Shown here: positions 59,755 to 64,000 of the stretch, in pieces
Position numbering within the stretch: the first letter of the stretch is position 1
Layout of the letters: each line of letters starts with the position of its first letter
NCBI GenBank assembly: GCA_045597125.1
Contig: JAZODR010000038.1
Coordinates: forward strand, 24,096-88,095
Length of the DNA: 64,000 nt
Source: Eubacteriales bacterium
GTDB taxonomy: Bacteria > Bacillota > Clostridia > Oscillospirales > SIG627
Direction: 5' to 3'
The notes under the pieces: generated by a model
The model's database searches: none
What the model was told of the DNA's origin: nothing
The model's input: only the letters and a program-made list of their open reading frames with translations
Translations under genes and position numbers: made by a program

Positions 59755-60420
59755 TTAAGCCTCGAATGCATAAGCAACGCCCTCAATTTCCAAAAACTCG
59801 TCTGCGTGCAAGCCTTTTCTGCGGTCCATCACTACGTCCACGCCCAAATGTCCCTTGCATCCGCTGATGGGGGCGTACACTCTAAACACCGGCTCAGAGG
59901 GGTATTTTTCCTTTGCCGCGCTAATAAAATTATTCAAAAGTGTAATGTCATTTAGTTCTACGTAAATTACCAAAGTGTTTTTCTTTTTTCTTTCAAATTT
60001 TGAAAAGAGCGTCAAGGTAACCAGAAAGAAGAAAGTACCAAGACCCGCACCGCTGTAAAAGCCGTAGCCCACTGCAATTCCGAGCGTTGCGGTTGCCCAT
60101 ACACCTGCGGCGGTGGTCAGACCCATAATCATATTGTCGTTCTTTAGGATAATCATTCCCGCACCTAAAAAACCGACTCCGCTGATAACCTGCGCAGCAA
60201 GACGGAGAACGTCTCCGCTTCCGGTAAGCTCGTTGATGTAGATGCCGGTCATTGAGGTAACAGCTGCTCCAAGGCACACCAATACGTGGGTGCGCATACC
60301 GGCGGCTCTGCCGTGACGCGCACGCTCCATGCCGATAAAAAGTCCGATCAATACAGCGGCCAGCGAACGAAATGCAACGACGTAGATCCCTTCAAGACCA
60401 ATCAAAGAACTGTTTGTCAT
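59755..60420 (-). CDS. MgtC/SapB family protein
   Basis: IGMER..AGMRTH, RLAAQVISGVGFLGAG and GLTTAA motifs. Confidence 0.93.
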   Translation of the reverse strand: MTNSSLIGLEGIYVVAFRSLAAVLIGLFIGMERARHGRAAGMRTHVLVCLGAAVTSMTGIYINELTGSGDVLRLAAQVISGVGFLGAGMIILKNDNMIMGLTTAAGVWATATLGIAVGYGFYSGAGLGTFFFLVTLTLFSKFERKKKNTLVIYVELNDITLLNNFISAAKEKYPSEPVFRVYAPISGCKGHLGVDVVMDRRKGLHADEFLEIEGVAYAFEA

Positions 60421-60542
60421 TGTGTTTCCCCCGTTAAGATATTTTTTTGAATGTATGCAGAGAGAAAACGGAATATTCTGCAAATAACGAAAAAGATGCA
60501 AGGAAGCGCATCCGTTTCACTTGCATCTCTTCAGCATATTCT

Positions 60543-60571
60543 ATTGTAACGAATAAAATGCTATTTGTCAA
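60543..60571 (-). promoter_or_regulatory. sigmaA promoter of the MgtC-family gene
   Basis: TTGACA-17-TACAAT on the minus strand. Confidence 0.7.
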
Positions 60572-60586
60572 TCTTTTGTCGAAAAA

Positions 60587-61129
60587 TCAATAATTCTCGG
60601 CAAGGAGTTCAAAATAGCTCTGGGGATGGGCACAAGTGGGGCAAAGTTCGGGAGCGCTGTTTCCTACGTGCAGATGGCCGCAGTTACGGCATTCCCATAC
60701 TTTTACTTCGCTTTTTGCAAATACTTCCGCATCCTCAATATTTTTCAGAAGTTTGCGGTATCTTTCCTCATGATGCTTTTCAACGGCGGCTACCAAACGG
60801 AATTTTCTTGCAAGTTCCGTAAAGCCTTCTTGCTCAGCGGTAATAGCAAAGCCTTCGTACATATCAGTCCATTCATAATTTTCGCCTTCAGCGGCAGCTT
60901 TGAGATTATCGGTGGTATTGCTGATGCCATTGAGTTCTTTGAACCACATTTTTGCGTGCTCTTTTTCATTCTCGGCAGTCTTCAAAAACAGAGCGGAGAT
61001 TTGCTCGTAGCCTTCTTTTTTTGCAACGGATGCAAAGTAGGTGTATTTGTTTCTTGCTTCACTTTCACCAGAAAAAGCGGCTCTGAGATTTTTTTCGGTC
61101 TGGGTTCCTGCGTATTTTGTTTCGCTCAT
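60587..61129 (-). CDS. rbr: rubrerythrin
   Basis: [22 protein letters not shown] and C-terminal CRNCG..CPTC. Confidence 0.95.
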   Translation of the reverse strand: MSETKYAGTQTEKNLRAAFSGESEARNKYTYFASVAKKEGYEQISALFLKTAENEKEHAKMWFKELNGISNTTDNLKAAAEGENYEWTDMYEGFAITAEQEGFTELARKFRLVAAVEKHHEERYRKLLKNIEDAEVFAKSEVKVWECRNCGHLHVGNSAPELCPTCAHPQSYFELLAENY

Positions 61130-61248
61130 AAAAATACCTCCTAAATTTTTATATAATTATATCTTTTTTTTCTCTTAAAAGTCAAGAGGTTTTATTAAAA
61201 ATCTTGCTTGTCTATAAGAAAAGGCACATCGGCAGATGTGCCAAATTT

Positions 61249-61419
61249 CTATAGGTCGTCTGCGTCTTGTACAGGTCTGTCTTTGTAATCCAAGGGTAGT
61301 CCCGTGTACCAGCCCTCTGGATCGGTACGGCTGGGTGGCAGATGAATCATATCGCTGGGACCGGTTTCAAAAACGGGTCTTGGCTTTCTGTCTTTGGGGT
61401 TAATTTTGATTTTTTTCAT
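61249..61419 (-). CDS. 56-aa small protein with C-terminal DPxGxYTG..PVQDADDL motif
   Basis: Below the ORF cutoff. MKKIKINPKDRKPRPVFETGPSDMIHLPPSRTDPEGWYTGLPLDYKDRPVQDADDL with GAAAGGA SD and terminator GGCACATC/GATGTGCC at 61223-61242. Confidence 0.8.
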   Translation of the reverse strand: MKKIKINPKDRKPRPVFETGPSDMIHLPPSRTDPEGWYTGLPLDYKDRPVQDADDL

Positions 61420-61542
61420 ATTTTCTTTCCTTTCATTTTTTTATAGTGTGCGTTTTCATCATAATTTTATGCTTTTCCATTGTATTTTTTCTTTTCTTGT
61501 GATAAAATAAAAAAAGAAACACCCGAGAAAGGAAATGGGCAT

Positions 61543-62478
61543 ATGCCGGAACAATATTCCATCCAATTAAGCGAATTGATTGAGAAACTTAAATTAATTG
61601 AGGTCAGTCTTACCGATGAGCAACGGGAAAAGAGAATCTACCGCAAGGAAGTAAACCGTCCCGGATTATTTCTTGCGGGTTTTCACGAAAATTTTGATTC
61701 CGAACGAATTCAAATTTTGGGAAAGACCGAATATGATTATCTTGAGTCCCTTCCTGAAGAGGATAAATATAATTCCATTCGTACTTTGATGGAGCAAAAG
61801 CCTATTTGCGTGATTTTTTGTCACGGAAAAGAGGCCAGAGAAGAAATTAAAAAACTTGCGGAACAGTACGATGTTCCTCTTTTGATGAGCTGTAAAGATA
61901 CCTCTTACTTTATGTCTGCATTGATTTCTATACTTAATGTGGCTCTTGCCGATCGCATTACCCGTCACGGCGTTTTGGTGGAGGTGTATGGCGAAGGTGT
62001 TCTTTTGCTTGGCGATAGCGGAGTGGGTAAAAGCGAAACTGCTATTGACCTTGTAAAGCGCGGACATAGACTCATTGCCGACGATGCGGTGGAAATCAAG
62101 AAAGTTTCCGATATTACCCTTGTTGGTTCTGCACCGGAAACCATTCGCCATTACGTGGAACTGCGCGGTATCGGTGTAGTGGATATTCGTAGGCTTTATG
62201 GTATGGGCGCTGTAAAGGATACGGAGAAAATTGAATTAATCATTCATCTGGAGCAATGGGAGCAAGGCAAATTTTACGAGCGTCTTGGAATGGATATGGA
62301 ATATACCGAATTGATGGGGATTAAGATTCCTTCGGTAACCATCCCGGTACGTCCCGGGCGAAATCTGGCGCTGATTATCGAAATTGCTACTATGAATATG
62401 AGACAAAGGTTGATGGGATTTAATACAGCTCAGGAATTGGAAGAACGCTTAATGAAGCAATTTGAAGGAGCCGAGTAA
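61543..62478 (+). CDS. hprK: HPr kinase/phosphorylase
   Basis: NRPGL, HGVLVEVYGEG, GDSGVGKSE, LIADD, ELRGIG and PGRNLA motifs. Confidence 0.97.
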   Translation: MPEQYSIQLSELIEKLKLIEVSLTDEQREKRIYRKEVNRPGLFLAGFHENFDSERIQILGKTEYDYLESLPEEDKYNSIRTLMEQKPICVIFCHGKEAREEIKKLAEQYDVPLLMSCKDTSYFMSALISILNVALADRITRHGVLVEVYGEGVLLLGDSGVGKSETAIDLVKRGHRLIADDAVEIKKVSDITLVGSAPETIRHYVELRGIGVVDIRRLYGMGAVKDTEKIELIIHLEQWEQGKFYERLGMDMEYTELMGIKIPSVTIPVRPGRNLALIIEIATMNMRQRLMGFNTAQELEERLMKQFEGAE

Positions 62479-63071
62479 TGTATTATATTGGAATTGACTT
62501 GGGTGGCACCAACATTGTTTGTGGAATTGTTGATGTAAACGGAAAAATTCTCTTTAAAAAAGATGCGAAACCATTTCGCACCGTCCCGCAGAAGTGATTG
62601 TGACGGATATGGATCGCCTTGCGGAGGAGGTTATTACCGAATCCGGTTTTGCCAAGGAAAAGATTGCTTTTTTTGGGAATTGCCTCTCCCGGCATAGCCA
62701 ATTCTGATCGTGTTGTTGTTGAATATTCCTGCAATTTGCCTTCGTTTTTGAATTTTAATATTGTCGAGGAATTAAAAAAACGTACAGGCATTGCCAAAAT
62801 CGCTTTGGATAACGATGCTAACTGCGCCGCCAAGGGCGAGGCGGAAGCCGGTGCGGCCATCGGTATCACCAATATTGTTAATATTTTTCGGCCCGAGATT
62901 CTTTCCGTGGGTGGTGGAATTTCGGCAGAAGGGGAGACCCTTCTTGGACCTGTGCGTGAAATTTTGGAGCGTGAACAGTATTCTCGCTTTTGTTCCAAAA
63001 AAACAGTTCTGAAAAAAGCAGAGCTTGGAAATGATGCCGGTATTATTGGTGCCGCGCTTCTTTGGAGGTAG
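62478..63071 (+). pseudogene. ROK-family glucokinase pseudogene
   Basis: MYYIGIDLGGTN start, frameshifts near 62570 and at a T7 tract (62668-62674). NDAN motif is joined directly to the C-terminal VGGGIS region, so the central GTG/CxCG block is missing. Confidence 0.85.
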
Positions 63072-63073
63072 AT

Positions 63074-64000
63074 ATGTCTGTATATCATAAACTTTTTCAG
63101 ATTCTTTCCGATCTTGAAAAAGAGGGAAAGATCAGCGCTGAGGAGTATGAGCTTTGTGAGCGTTATTCGCTTTCCCGTCTGACCTCATTCAAAACCGGAG
63201 GCGATGCAACGATTTTGTTTCCGAAGACGTTTTCCGCCACGGCTTTGATTTATCCGATTTTGAAGCAAAAGGGAATTCCTACTTTTGTTTTGGGAAATGG
63301 CTCCAATGTGATTGCGAAGGATGAGGGGTATCAAGGACTTGTTTTGGTTTTGAACGGACTAAAAAAGGTACAGGTGTCCGGTCAGCAAATGATTTGCGAA
63401 AGTGGCGCATCATTAACCTCCGTTGCTTCTCTTGCTCAGAAAAATTCGCTAACGGGTATGGAAGCCTTGTACGGTATTCCCGGTACGGTGGGCGGCGCGG
63501 TTTTTATGAATGCGGGCGCATACGGAACGGAATGTCGTGATGTACTTACCTCTGTTACTTGCGTTACTGCAAACGGACAGGTGAAAACATATCCTGTAGA
63601 AGAACTTTCTTTGGGTTATCGTACCAGTTGTTTTCAAGAAAGTGACGATTTGATTCTTTCTGCTACCTTTACTTTAAAAGAAGGAAACGGTGCAGAAATC
63701 CGAGCCGCGATGGATGATTTTATGTCTCGCCGCATGGAAAAACAGCCTTTGGAATATCCCAGTGCGGGAAGCACTTTTAAGCGCTATGAAGGATTTTTTA
63801 CCGCTCAGCTTATTGATGAGGCGGGACTGAAGGGGTATCGCTGCGGCGGTGCTATGGTCAGCGAAAAACATGCGGGCTTTGTCATAAATTTTGACCACGC
63901 TACCAGCGCGGACATTTTTGCCGTGATCCAAAAAGTTCAGGATACCATCTATGAGAGGAAGGGGATCCGTATTCAGCGTGAGGTGCGCATCATCGAATAA
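63074..64000 (+). CDS. murB: UDP-N-acetylenolpyruvoylglucosamine reductase
   Basis: LGNGSNV, GIPGTVGG..MNAGAYG, QPLEYPSAGSTFK and KHAGF motifs. Confidence 0.97.
   Translation: MSVYHKLFQILSDLEKEGKISAEEYELCERYSLSRLTSFKTGGDATILFPKTFSATALIYPILKQKGIPTFVLGNGSNVIAKDEGYQGLVLVLNGLKKVQVSGQQMICESGASLTSVASLAQKNSLTGMEALYGIPGTVGGAVFMNAGAYGTECRDVLTSVTCVTANGQVKTYPVEELSLGYRTSCFQESDDLILSATFTLKEGNGAEIRAAMDDFMSRRMEKQPLEYPSAGSTFKRYEGFFTAQLIDEAGLKGYRCGGAMVSEKHAGFVINFDHATSADIFAVIQKVQDTIYERKGIRIQREVRIIE

Noticed and set aside
61148-61163. PerR-like box (ATATAATTATAT) at the rubrerythrin promoter
   Set aside because: It is an AT-rich palindrome coinciding with the -10 element and a poor fit to TTATAATnATTATAA, so it cannot be distinguished from chance.
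62560-62680. Programmed frameshifting or phase variation in the ROK gene
   Set aside because: Even if both indels were corrected, the protein would still lack its central catalytic and Zn-binding block.

Overview
About 64 kb of mostly core chromosome from a Clostridia-class Firmicute (Oscillospirales/Ruminococcaceae-like gene order, probably a spore former). It uses the standard genetic code. It carries housekeeping clusters (rel-dtd-hemZ, dprA-topA-plsX-rnc-smc-ftsY-nadD/yqeK-rsfS-leuS, rpsU-asd-rarA, hprK-ROK pseudogene-murB), tRNA-Arg(CCG), a cobalamin riboswitch ahead of a DUF4430 lipoprotein and ECF S-component, and several surface or secreted proteins. I saw no CRISPR array, prophage, transposase or reverse transcriptase, and no clear multi-gene novel system. 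The most unusual items are: (i) a degenerate P1B-ATPase-like membrane protein between rlmB and tRNA-Arg; (ii) an orphan ~165-nt promoter-to-terminator transcript at 8833-9000; (iii) a probable leaderless-uORF attenuator before an MgtC-family gene; (iv) a LeuRS with KMGKR instead of KMSKS; (v) an acyl-AMP ligase plus ACP pair, with no ACP gene at the plsX-rnc locus; (vi) structured intergenic RNAs after rpsU and after the EF-G paralog. All calls come from reading motifs by eye; no database search was run.
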